A stretch of 64,000 nt of DNA from NCBI GenBank assembly GCA_050485685.1, contig JBJHBW010000002.1:11959-75958 (forward strand), given 5' to 3'. The translations under genes and the position numbers were made by a program. Below, piece after piece: positions 40,624-49,292 of the stretch. The stretch is from Gammaproteobacteria bacterium. Lineage in GTDB: Bacteria; Pseudomonadota; Gammaproteobacteria; Steroidobacterales; Rariloculaceae. The notes beneath the pieces were generated by a model. It did no database searches. It worked only from the letters and a program-made list of their open reading frames with translations, and had not been told where the DNA came from. Numbering within the stretch: the stretch's first letter is position 1; every line of letters starts with the position of its first letter.

Positions 40624-43509
40624 TCAGTGCGCCTCGTCCCAGTTCGCGCCGATTCCGGTATCGACCTGCAGCGGCACGGAAAGCTCCGCGGCCTGCTCCA
40701 TGAGCTCGCTCGCGCGGGCCGCCAGCGCCTGGGCCTGATCGGCACGCACCTCGAACACCAGCTCGTCATGCACCTGCATCAGCAGCCGTGCATCGAAGTC
40801 GCTGTCGTACAGCCAGGCGTCCACGCGAATCATCGCGCGCTTGATGATGTCGGCCGCGGTGCCCTGCATGGGCGCGTTGATTGCACTGCGCTCAGCATAC
40901 TGGCGTCGCTGTGCATTCGGTGCGTTGATTTCCGGCAGATACAGGCGCCGGCCGAACACGGTCTCCACATAGCCCTGCTCGTGCGCCAGCGCACGGGTCT
41001 GATCCATGTAACGCTTCACGCCCGGATAGCGTTCGAAATACAGATCCACATAGGCCTGCGCCTGGCCCCGCTCTATGCCCAGCTGGCGACCCAGACCAAA
41101 CGCCGACATGCCGTAGATGAGTCCGAAGTTTATGGCTTTGGCGGAGCGACGCTGCTCGTCGGTCACGGTCTCGGGTGTCGCGCCGAACACTTCGGCGGCC
41201 GTTGCGCGATGAATGTCCTGACCGGCCGCAAACGCCTTGAGCAACCCGTCATCGCCGGACAGATGCGCCATGATGCGCAGCTCGATCTGCGAGTAGTCGG
41301 CCGCAACCAGCAGGTGGTCCGGCGGTGCGATGAACGCCTGGCGTATGCGCCGGCCTTCGGCGCGACGGATCGGAATGTTCTGCAGGTTCGGTTCGGTGGA
41401 CGACAAACGACCTGTCGCCGCAACGGCCTGATGGTAGGACGTGTGTATGCGCCCGGTGCGCTCGTTGATATCGCGCGGCAGCCGGTCGGTATAGGTGGAC
41501 TTCAGCTTGCTCAGTGCACGGTGCTCCAGTACCAGCTTGGGCAGTTCGTAATCAGCAGCCAGTTCCTGCAGCACACTCTCGGCCGTGGACGGCTGACCCT
41601 TGGGCGTCTTGCCCAGCACCGGCAGTCCGAGCCGGTCGTAGAGAATTTCCTGCAGCTGCTTGGGCGAACCGAGGTTGAAAGGTCCGCCGGCCTCGCTGTA
41701 GGCGGCCTCCTCGGTGCGCGCCATCTGCTCGGCCAGCTCCTGACTCTGGCGGCGCAGCAGCTTCGCGTCGACCAGCACGCCGTTGCGTTCCATGCGCTGC
41801 AGCACCGGCACCAGCGGCTGCTCGATCTCGCGATACAGCTTCGCGAGCGCAGGCACCGCCTCGAGCTTCGGCCACAGCGCCTGATGCAGGCGCAGCGTGA
41901 TGTCCGCATCCTCGGCGGCGTAGTGCGCCGCGGTTGGAATGTCGACTTCGTCGAAGCCGATCTGCTTCGCGCCCTTGCCGGCCACTTGCTCGTACTTGAT
42001 CGGCTGCATGCCCAGATACCGGAACGCCACCGAATCCATGTCATGCCGCGTCGCGGTGGAGTTCAGCACGTAGGATTCGAGCATGGAATCGAACGCGATG
42101 CCGGCCAGCCGCACACCGTGGTTCTCGAAGATATGCGCATCGAATTTCAGATGATGACCGAGCTTGGGTGCATCCGACTCCAGCCAGGGGCGCAGACGTT
42201 CCAGCACCGCATCGCGGTCCAGCTGGTCGGGGCCGCCCGGGTGACGATGCGCGAGCGGAATGTAGGCCGCGTGCATGGGCTCGACTGCGAGCGAGATGCC
42301 GACGATCTGCGCTTCCATGTAGTTCAGGCCGGTGGTCTCGGTGTCCAGTGCGACGAGGTCGGCGTTTTCAATACGCGCCAGCCATGCGTCGAGCTGCTCG
42401 TCGGTAAGGATGGTTTCGTAGCTGGCATCGCCTGATGGATCGCCGGCCTGGTTGCCCGTGGCCACGGCACCACCCGTGGCACTGCCAGGCACCTTGCCGA
42501 GCGATCCGGTTGCGTCCTTCGCCGCTTCGCCTTTGCCTCCGGCCGCTGTCGACGCGGCTTCGTCAGTCGATCGGCCGTCCGCGTCAGCGCCTGACCCGGA
42601 TCCGGCACCGTTTCCGGAATCGGAGCCGGAGGCATTCGCTGCATCACGCGACAATGCCGTGCCGAGACGGCGCTTCATCAGCGAGCCGAACTCCAGCCGT
42701 TGATACAGCGCGCGCAGTTGATCGGTGTCCGGCTCCGCGGGCTTCAGATCGTCGAGCGAAACCGGCAGAGCCACGTCGCGCACGATCGTGACCAGCTGTT
42801 TGTACAGCGGCAAGTCTTCTATCGTCTCGCGCAACCGTTCACCGGCCTTGCCCTTGATGTCAGCGGCCGCGGCGATCAGGCCATCGAGATCGCCGTGCTC
42901 TTCCAGCCACTTCACCGCGGTCTTCGGACCGACACCGGCGACACCGGGCACATTGTCGGACTTGTCGCCGATCAGCGTGAGATAGTCGACGATGCGTTCC
43001 GGCGGCACACCGAACTTGGCCTTCACGCCGTCAGCGTCCAGCGTCGTGCTGTCCATGGTGTTGACCAGCGTGACGTGCTCGCCGACCAGCTGCGCCATGT
43101 CCTTGTCGGAGGTCGAGATCACGGTCTCCATGCCGGCCTCGGCCGCCTGCGACGCCAGTGTGCCGATCACATCGTCGGCCTCAACGTCGGCGATGCGCAG
43201 CAGCGGCAGACCCATGGCTTTCACGGCCTCGTGCAACGGCTCTATCTGCGCGCGCAGGTCATCGGGCATGGGCGGACGATTGGCCTTGTACTCGGTGTAC
43301 AGGTCGTCGCGGAATGTCTTGCCCGGCGCATCGAACACCACGGCAACACGCTCCGGGCCGTACTCGTCCAGCAGCCGGTACAGCATGTTCAGCACGCCAA
43401 GGATTGCACCGGTGGGTTCGCCGCTGGCCGTCGTCAGCTGCGGCAGCGCGTGATACGCGCGGTACAGATAGGAGGAACCGTCAACGAGTACGAGCGGTTT
43501 ACCGCTCAT
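40624..43509 (-). CDS. polA: DNA polymerase I
   Basis: 'LVLVDGSSYLYRAYHA' (5' nuclease), 'DTETTGL' (3'-5' exo), and 'DYSQIELRIMAHLS', 'RRSAKAINFGLIYG' and 'QVHDELVFE' (pol). Start set to ATG 43509. Confidence 0.95.
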   Translation of the reverse strand: MSGKPLVLVDGSSYLYRAYHALPQLTTASGEPTGAILGVLNMLYRLLDEYGPERVAVVFDAPGKTFRDDLYTEYKANRPPMPDDLRAQIEPLHEAVKAMGLPLLRIADVEADDVIGTLASQAAEAGMETVISTSDKDMAQLVGEHVTLVNTMDSTTLDADGVKAKFGVPPERIVDYLTLIGDKSDNVPGVAGVGPKTAVKWLEEHGDLDGLIAAAADIKGKAGERLRETIEDLPLYKQLVTIVRDVALPVSLDDLKPAEPDTDQLRALYQRLEFGSLMKRRLGTALSRDAANASGSDSGNGAGSGSGADADGRSTDEAASTAAGGKGEAAKDATGSLGKVPGSATGGAVATGNQAGDPSGDASYETILTDEQLDAWLARIENADLVALDTETTGLNYMEAQIVGISLAVEPMHAAYIPLAHRHPGGPDQLDRDAVLERLRPWLESDAPKLGHHLKFDAHIFENHGVRLAGIAFDSMLESYVLNSTATRHDMDSVAFRYLGMQPIKYEQVAGKGAKQIGFDEVDIPTAAHYAAEDADITLRLHQALWPKLEAVPALAKLYREIEQPLVPVLQRMERNGVLVDAKLLRRQSQELAEQMARTEEAAYSEAGGPFNLGSPKQLQEILYDRLGLPVLGKTPKGQPSTAESVLQELAADYELPKLVLEHRALSKLKSTYTDRLPRDINERTGRIHTSYHQAVAATGRLSSTEPNLQNIPIRRAEGRRIRQAFIAPPDHLLVAADYSQIELRIMAHLSGDDGLLKAFAAGQDIHRATAAEVFGATPETVTDEQRRSAKAINFGLIYGMSAFGLGRQLGIERGQAQAYVDLYFERYPGVKRYMDQTRALAHEQGYVETVFGRRLYLPEINAPNAQRRQYAERSAINAPMQGTAADIIKRAMIRVDAWLYDSDFDARLLMQVHDELVFEVRADQAQALAARASELMEQAAELSVPLQVDTGIGANWDEAH

Positions 43510-43702
43510 CTGCGCTCCCGGATTGCGTGCTCCCGAATTGCGAAGGGCGATTGTTGTCGCCTTCGTCATCGTCGTTGTCTTCACTGGCCGGCTGCTGTGT
43601 CTGAGCCTGTCCCTGTGCAGCGGGCGACGTGGCGCCGGGTTCGCCCGGCAGCATCAGCGGACCCTTCTGGCCGCAACCGGCCAGCAGCAGGGCGGCGATC
43701 AT
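43499..43702 (-). CDS. lptM: Small lipoprotein, LptM/YifL-like
   Basis: 'MIAALLLAGCGQKGPLMLP' matches the YifL-type lipobox plus 'GCGxKGPLxLP'. Acidic low-complexity tail. Only the last 67 codons of the track ORF are used. Overlaps the polA start by 11 nt. Confidence 0.55.
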   Translation of the reverse strand: MIAALLLAGCGQKGPLMLPGEPGATSPAAQGQAQTQQPASEDNDDDEGDNNRPSQFGSTQSGSADER

Positions 43703-43844
43703 GATCGGCAGCGTGGCCGCCAACCCGGCCGTCGAAGGTGCAGGGCGTGCAACCCGACCCGGTTGCCGCGAGGCACTCGGCTGAGTCGCCGTCGCTGCGG
43801 GGGCCGCGCGCGGCACGAGCACGCTGTTACTTTCGTTCACGATG

Positions 43845-45035
43845 TCACTTCTTTCCGGCCAGTTCCGCCGCGACGCGACGGTAGGCCTCGCGAAACGAGA
43901 TGCCTTCATTCAATACCAGTTCGTTGGCGCGCTCGGCTGCACGCAGCGAATCGGGCAGATGAATGTTCTCGGGCCTGAACTTCACGCCGGCCAGCGCGTG
44001 GGCGGCAATGGCCAGGCAGTCGGCGGCGAGATCCAGCGTGCGGAACAGCGGCGCCTTGATGCGCTGCAGATCGCGGTGATAGCCCGACGTGAGCTTGCCG
44101 GTAATCGCCAGCAATTCCACCAGCGCGCCGTTCGCAGTCGCGTGCGCGCCGCGCAACAGTTCGAACACATCCGGATTGCGTTTCTGCGGCATGATCGAGC
44201 TACCCGTGGTCATCTCATCGGGCAGCGCGACGAATGCGAACTCTTCCGTGTAGAACAGCAGCAGATCGGCCGCGAGACGTCCGAGATCGCCAAGCAGCAG
44301 TGCGACCTCGAACACAATGGTCGCCTCGGCCTTGCCACGGCTGAGCTGCACCGCGGTGACCGGTTCGTGATTGCGCGCAAAGCCGAGCGCCTCGCGTGTT
44401 GCGTTGCGATCCAGCGGCAGATTGGCCACGCCGTAACCGGCCGCCGAACCCAGCGGGTTGGCATCCGCACGGCGACGCGCGGCCAGCAACCCTTCGCGAT
44501 CATCGGCAATCTCGGTCGCGAATCCCCCGGCCCACAACGCGACGGAACTCGGCATCGCCGGCTGCATGTGTGTGTAGCCGGGCAGCGCAATCTCACCCTG
44601 CTCGATCGCCAGGCGGTTCAGCGACGCAACGACTTCGTCGGCGCCGGCCGCGAGCTGTTCGACCGCATCTTTCATGTAAAGGCGCAGCGCCACCAGCACC
44701 TGATCGTTGCGCGAGCGCCCTAGATGCACGCGCGCGCCGGCCTCGCCTATGCGTGCGGTGAGGTGGCGCTCCAGCGCGCTGTGTACGTCCTCGTCCTCAA
44801 GCGTGATGGCCCATTCGCCGGCCACATGCGATGCGGCCAGCGCATCCAGACCGTCGCAGATCGCATCGGCATCGGCGCCGGACAGCAGGCCCTGTGCGGC
44901 GAGCATGCGTGCATGGGCTTTCGACGCCTGCACGTCATACGGCACCAGGCGCGCATCCAGCAGGTGATCCTCACCGGCCGTGAAGCGCAGGATGCGCTGA
45001 TCCAGCGGCTGCCCTTTCTCCCAGAGTCTGGCCAT
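43845..45035 (-). CDS. argH: Argininosuccinate lyase (short Xanthomonas/Bacteroides-type)
   Basis: 'LWEKGQPLDQRILRFTAGEDHLLD', 'GRSRNDQV' and 'GSSIMPQKRNPD'. 396 aa. Confidence 0.85.
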   Translation of the reverse strand: MARLWEKGQPLDQRILRFTAGEDHLLDARLVPYDVQASKAHARMLAAQGLLSGADADAICDGLDALAASHVAGEWAITLEDEDVHSALERHLTARIGEAGARVHLGRSRNDQVLVALRLYMKDAVEQLAAGADEVVASLNRLAIEQGEIALPGYTHMQPAMPSSVALWAGGFATEIADDREGLLAARRRADANPLGSAAGYGVANLPLDRNATREALGFARNHEPVTAVQLSRGKAEATIVFEVALLLGDLGRLAADLLLFYTEEFAFVALPDEMTTGSSIMPQKRNPDVFELLRGAHATANGALVELLAITGKLTSGYHRDLQRIKAPLFRTLDLAADCLAIAAHALAGVKFRPENIHLPDSLRAAERANELVLNEGISFREAYRRVAAELAGKK

Positions 45036-45062
45036 CAGTAATCCGTCGTCAGTAATCCGAAA

Positions 45063-46007
45063 TCAGTCCTGGGAGGACTGCTCTTCCGGCGTCAGCTGCT
45101 TGATGTCGTTGACGACCAGCGTGCCGCCGCCCTCGTTCGTGAAGATCTCCAGCAGCAGGCTGTCGGACAGCGCATAGGAAATCACGTGCACACGCGGCAC
45201 ACCGCCGGCCAGTGCCTTCTCGATCGCCGCAACCTTGGGCAGCATGCCGTCCTGCAGGCGACCTTCATCGCGCAGACGCTGCAGCCCGGCGCGATCTATA
45301 TATGAGATCAGCGAGCGCGGATCTTCCAGCGACTCCAGAATGCCCGGCGCGCCGGTGGCCAGCATCAGTTTTTCCGCGCCCAGCGAACAGGCGATTGCGG
45401 CCGCCACCGTATCGGCATTGATGTTCAGCAGCGTGCCGGATTCATCTGCCGACAGCGGGCTGACCACCGGCACCAGGCCGTTGTCCAGCTGCGTCAGCAG
45501 CACGGCCGGATCCACCGACTGGATATCGCCGACGAATCCGTAGTCCACCGAGCCGCGCTTGCCTTCGCGTGTCACGGGCGGGCGCTTGCGCGCGCGGATC
45601 AGGCCCGCATCCACACCGCTGATGCCGACGGCCGGCACATCCAGATCGCGGCACGCGGCGAGGATGCGTGTATTGATGTCACCGTTCAGCACCATCGTCG
45701 CAACTTCCAGCGCGCGCTCGTCGGTGACGCGACGACCATCGACGAACTCGGTCTGAAGGCCCAGCTTCTCGGCCAGCGCCGTCGACTGCGGGCCACCGCC
45801 GTGCACGAGCACGACGCGTATGCCCACCTGATGCAGGATGCCGATCTGCTCGACGAACTGCCGCGTGCGCTCGGGCGTCGCGAACGCCTCGCCGCCGGCC
45901 TTCAGCACGAAGACCTTGCGCTTGTACATGCGGATGTAAGGCACCGCGTGCCGGAGCGCGGTCACGACGATCGCGCGTTCACTACCTGTCAGTCGGGTCA
46001 TTGCCAT
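45063..46007 (-). CDS. argB: N-acyl-glutamate kinase (amino-acid kinase domain only)
   Basis: 'FVLKAGGEAF', 'VLVHGGGPQ' and 'LNINADTVAAAIA'. 314 aa with no acetyltransferase domain appended. Confidence 0.9.
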   Translation of the reverse strand: MAMTRLTGSERAIVVTALRHAVPYIRMYKRKVFVLKAGGEAFATPERTRQFVEQIGILHQVGIRVVLVHGGGPQSTALAEKLGLQTEFVDGRRVTDERALEVATMVLNGDINTRILAACRDLDVPAVGISGVDAGLIRARKRPPVTREGKRGSVDYGFVGDIQSVDPAVLLTQLDNGLVPVVSPLSADESGTLLNINADTVAAAIACSLGAEKLMLATGAPGILESLEDPRSLISYIDRAGLQRLRDEGRLQDGMLPKVAAIEKALAGGVPRVHVISYALSDSLLLEIFTNEGGGTLVVNDIKQLTPEEQSSQD

Positions 46008-47008
46008 CAGCCTTTCAACATTCTGTAGAGCACGGCCATCTGCACCAGCATGCGGTTGCGTGCTTCCTGTATCACGACACTGCGCGGGCCGTCGAGAATC
46101 CGGTCCGCAACCACCACGCCACGACGCACCGGCAGGCAGTGCATGAAGCGTGCATCGGGGCGCGCGTTCTCAAACCAGGGTTCGTCCACGCACCAGGGCA
46201 CCAGCGGTTCGCGCAGCGCCTGGTCGGCGAGGCGGTCACCATAGTGACGCGTCGACGACCATGACTTCGCGTAGATCACATGCGCGCCTTCCATCGCCTC
46301 GCGCCTATCGGTGGTCTCGGTGATCGTCCCGCCACTGACCGCGGCGGCGGCGCGCGCCTTGTCCATGATCGGATCGGGCAGTTCGAAGCCTTCCGGACGC
46401 AACACCGTGACATCCATGCCACGCATGGCCGCCATCTGCAGCGTGGAAGCCGGCACGGCCAGCGGCAGCGCCTTCGGGTGATAGGCCCAGGACAGGACGA
46501 AACGCCCGCCGTTGGCAGGAATGCCGAGTTCATCCAGCGTCTTCCAGTCGGCCAGGCTCTGGCACGGATGATGAATTGCCGATTCCATGTTGATGAACGG
46601 CTTGTCGACCAGTGCCGCGAGCTGGTTGAACTCGTTGTCGGCGATGTCATCGGCCAGGCTGCGGCGACCTGCGAACGCGCGTATGCCCACTGCATCGCCG
46701 TAGGAGGCGATCACCGGCACCGCTTCGCTGATGTGTTCGGCGGCCGCACCATCCATGACGATGCCATGGCGGGTTTCCAGTCCGTGTATGGACATGTCCG
46801 GAGAAATCACGAACGCACCGCCGCCGAGACGGATCATCGCCGCCTGAAACGACGACATGGTGCGCAGCGAGGGACTGAGGAAAAGCAGCGACAGCACCTT
46901 GCCTGCCAGCGCCTGCGGCTCCGGATGCTCATCCAGCCGTGCCGCCAGTTCGATCAGATCGGCAATCTGGTCGGCAGTGAAATCGGCAAGGTCGTTAAAG
47001 CGATTCAT
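46007..47008 (-). CDS. argF': N-acyl-L-ornithine carbamoyltransferase (AOTCase/SOTCase family, ArgF')
   Basis: 'SPSLRTMSSF', 'VMDGAAAEHI', 'INMESAIHHPCQ', 'WAYHPKALPLAV', 'YAKSW' and 'HCLPVRR'. This pattern fits the acyl-ornithine branch rather than classical OTCase (no SMG loop). Start ATG 47008. Confidence 0.8.
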   Translation of the reverse strand: MNRFNDLADFTADQIADLIELAARLDEHPEPQALAGKVLSLLFLSPSLRTMSSFQAAMIRLGGGAFVISPDMSIHGLETRHGIVMDGAAAEHISEAVPVIASYGDAVGIRAFAGRRSLADDIADNEFNQLAALVDKPFINMESAIHHPCQSLADWKTLDELGIPANGGRFVLSWAYHPKALPLAVPASTLQMAAMRGMDVTVLRPEGFELPDPIMDKARAAAAVSGGTITETTDRREAMEGAHVIYAKSWSSTRHYGDRLADQALREPLVPWCVDEPWFENARPDARFMHCLPVRRGVVVADRILDGPRSVVIQEARNRMLVQMAVLYRMLKG

Positions 47009-48206
47009 CGGCGAGGTCCTCCAGTGCCGTGGCGAGCAGGTCAATGTGTTCGGGTTGCAGAATCAGCGGCGGCAGCAGACGCACGATGTGCGGATCGGCG
47101 CTGGTGCCGGTCAGTATGTCACGCGCGAGCAGCGCATCGCGCACCGCGGCAGCACGCGGCCCGGTACGCAGGCCCAGCAGCAGGCCTTCGCCCTGAATCG
47201 CCGTGACGGGGCCTTTCACGCACCGCTCGCGGATCAGTGCCGACATCGCTCGTGCGTTGGCGACAAGATCATCTTCGATCATGGCTTCCAGCGTGGCCTT
47301 GATCGCAGCACTCGCGAGCGGGCCGCCGCCGAAAGTCGTGCCCAGCTGACCGGGACCGAGCTCGGCCGCGATGGCCTGGGTCATGATCGTCGCGCCGCAC
47401 GGAAAGCCGGCCGCCAACGCCTTGGCCACGGTGAGAATATCGGGCGTGACTTCATACAGCGTGGCACCGAAGTTCGCGCCCAGCCGGCCCACGCCGGTCT
47501 GCACTTCATCGAGAATCAGCAGCGCGCCGGCACGGTCACAGGCCTCGCGCGCGGCCTGCAGGAAATCACGGCCCACCTCATACGCGCCGGCCTGACCCTG
47601 CACCGGCTCGGCAATCACCGCCGCGGTGCGCTGATCCACGGCCGCCTGCAGTGCCGCCACATCGCCGCGCGGCACGAACTGCACTTCCATGGGCGTGGTC
47701 GGAAAACCATACCAGCTCTTGCGTGCCCCCCAGGTCACCGCCGCGGCAGCTGCCGTGCGGCCGTGGAACGAATTCTCCAGCGCGACAACCTTGGGTCGCC
47801 CGGTGAGCGCCAGCGCCAGCTTCAATGCGTTCTCGTTGGCTTCGGCGCCGCTGTTCACAAAGAACACACGCGACAGACCTTCGGGCGCGAACGCGGCCAC
47901 GGCCTCGGCTGCCTCGTCACGAATCTTCATCGGCACGACATTGCTCTGGAAATGCAGCTGCTGTGCCTGCGCGGCGATCGCCGCGGTCAGTTTCGGGTGC
48001 GCATAGCCCAGCGAGGCGACCGCATGGCCGCCATAGAAATCAAGAACGCGACGACCTGCCTCATCGAACAGGAACACGCCTTCGCCACGCAGCGGTTCGA
48101 ACGGCAGCATCGGATACACCTCGGTGAGATTCGCGGGGGGACGCTTGCCCGCAGCGGTGCTCGCGGCGCCGGGTGCAGTCGGGCTGTTGTCGGTTGATGT
48201 CGTCAT
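46995..48206 (-). CDS. argD: Acyl-ornithine aminotransferase
   Basis: Class III aminotransferase: 'DFYGGHAVASLGYAHP', 'ILDEVQTGVGRLG' and PLP-Lys 'ILTVAKALAAGFP'. Confidence 0.85.
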   Translation of the reverse strand: MTTSTDNSPTAPGAASTAAGKRPPANLTEVYPMLPFEPLRGEGVFLFDEAGRRVLDFYGGHAVASLGYAHPKLTAAIAAQAQQLHFQSNVVPMKIRDEAAEAVAAFAPEGLSRVFFVNSGAEANENALKLALALTGRPKVVALENSFHGRTAAAAAVTWGARKSWYGFPTTPMEVQFVPRGDVAALQAAVDQRTAAVIAEPVQGQAGAYEVGRDFLQAAREACDRAGALLILDEVQTGVGRLGANFGATLYEVTPDILTVAKALAAGFPCGATIMTQAIAAELGPGQLGTTFGGGPLASAAIKATLEAMIEDDLVANARAMSALIRERCVKGPVTAIQGEGLLLGLRTGPRAAAVRDALLARDILTGTSADPHIVRLLPPLILQPEHIDLLATALEDLADESL

Positions 48207-48221
48207 GGTTTCCCGTCGCCT

Positions 48222-49292
48222 CTAGATCCAGGCCGCGGCCGGCTGCAACAGGCCCGCGTTCTCAGGCAGGTCCAGCAGGCGGTTCGCCCACTGCACGGAT
48301 CCGCCGGCGGCGCCCTTGAGCAGGTTGTCGATCACGGACAGCATCACGATGCTGTCAGCGTCCATCTTGGCATTGAGCGCGGCGAAGTTGCTGGCCGCGA
48401 CGTCTTTCACGCGCGGCGGTGCATCCAGCACCTGCACGAACGGGGAAGCGCGGTAGTACTCACGCGTCGCATCCAGCACATCGCTGAGCTTCACACCGGC
48501 ACGCGGACGCGCGAACACGGTCGCGTGAATGCCGCGCGCGAAGGAACCCGAGTGCGGTACGAAATGCAGATTGATGTCGCGGCCGGTGGCCTCGCCGGCC
48601 AGCGCCGTGACTTCCGGCGCATGCCGGTGCACCAGTGCCTGATACGCGAACAGGTTGCTCTGACGCACCGGGTGGTGGGTGGTCTCGCGCGGCGTGCGGC
48701 CGGCGCCGGTGCTGCCAGTCACAGCGCTGACGAAGAACTCCGGCTCTGCAAGATCGGCGGCGACCAGCGGCACGATGGCCAGCAGCATCGCGGTGGCAAA
48801 GCAGCCCGGATGGGCCGCGTGCGGCCGGACCGTTTCGGGTGCTGCCTGCTCCGGCACCGCGCACGCGAACTCGGCATTCAGCGCCGGTTCCGGATGCGCA
48901 TGACCATACACTTTCGCGTACAGATCCAGATCACGGAAGCGGTAGTCGGCGGAGGCATCGACGACCGTGAGTTGCACACCGGCCTGGGAGGCCGCGGCCA
49001 GCAGCGTGGCCACCAGCGAGGCCGATGCGCCATGCGGCGCCGCGGACAGCACCAGCCAGTGTGGGGCCTGACCGATCTTTTCCAGTGTGGTTTCCAGCGT
49101 CACGAAGGTCGTGTTGCCATACACCGGCGCCAGGTGCGCGAACACGGACGCGATGGTCTCACCGCCCTGACTGGTGGACACCGCCGCGCCCAGTGTCAGG
49201 TTCGGATGTGCCGCCACCAGACGCAGCATCTCGCCGGCCACATAGCCGGAGCCGCCGAGTACGATGACCGGATAGGTGGTGTTGTCGCTCAT
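48222..49292 (-). CDS. argC: N-acyl-gamma-glutamyl-phosphate reductase
   Basis: 'VLGGSGYVAGEMLRLV' and active-site Cys 'HPGCFATA'. 356 aa. Confidence 0.9.
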   Translation of the reverse strand: MSDNTTYPVIVLGGSGYVAGEMLRLVAAHPNLTLGAAVSTSQGGETIASVFAHLAPVYGNTTFVTLETTLEKIGQAPHWLVLSAAPHGASASLVATLLAAASQAGVQLTVVDASADYRFRDLDLYAKVYGHAHPEPALNAEFACAVPEQAAPETVRPHAAHPGCFATAMLLAIVPLVAADLAEPEFFVSAVTGSTGAGRTPRETTHHPVRQSNLFAYQALVHRHAPEVTALAGEATGRDINLHFVPHSGSFARGIHATVFARPRAGVKLSDVLDATREYYRASPFVQVLDAPPRVKDVAASNFAALNAKMDADSIVMLSVIDNLLKGAAGGSVQWANRLLDLPENAGLLQPAAAWI

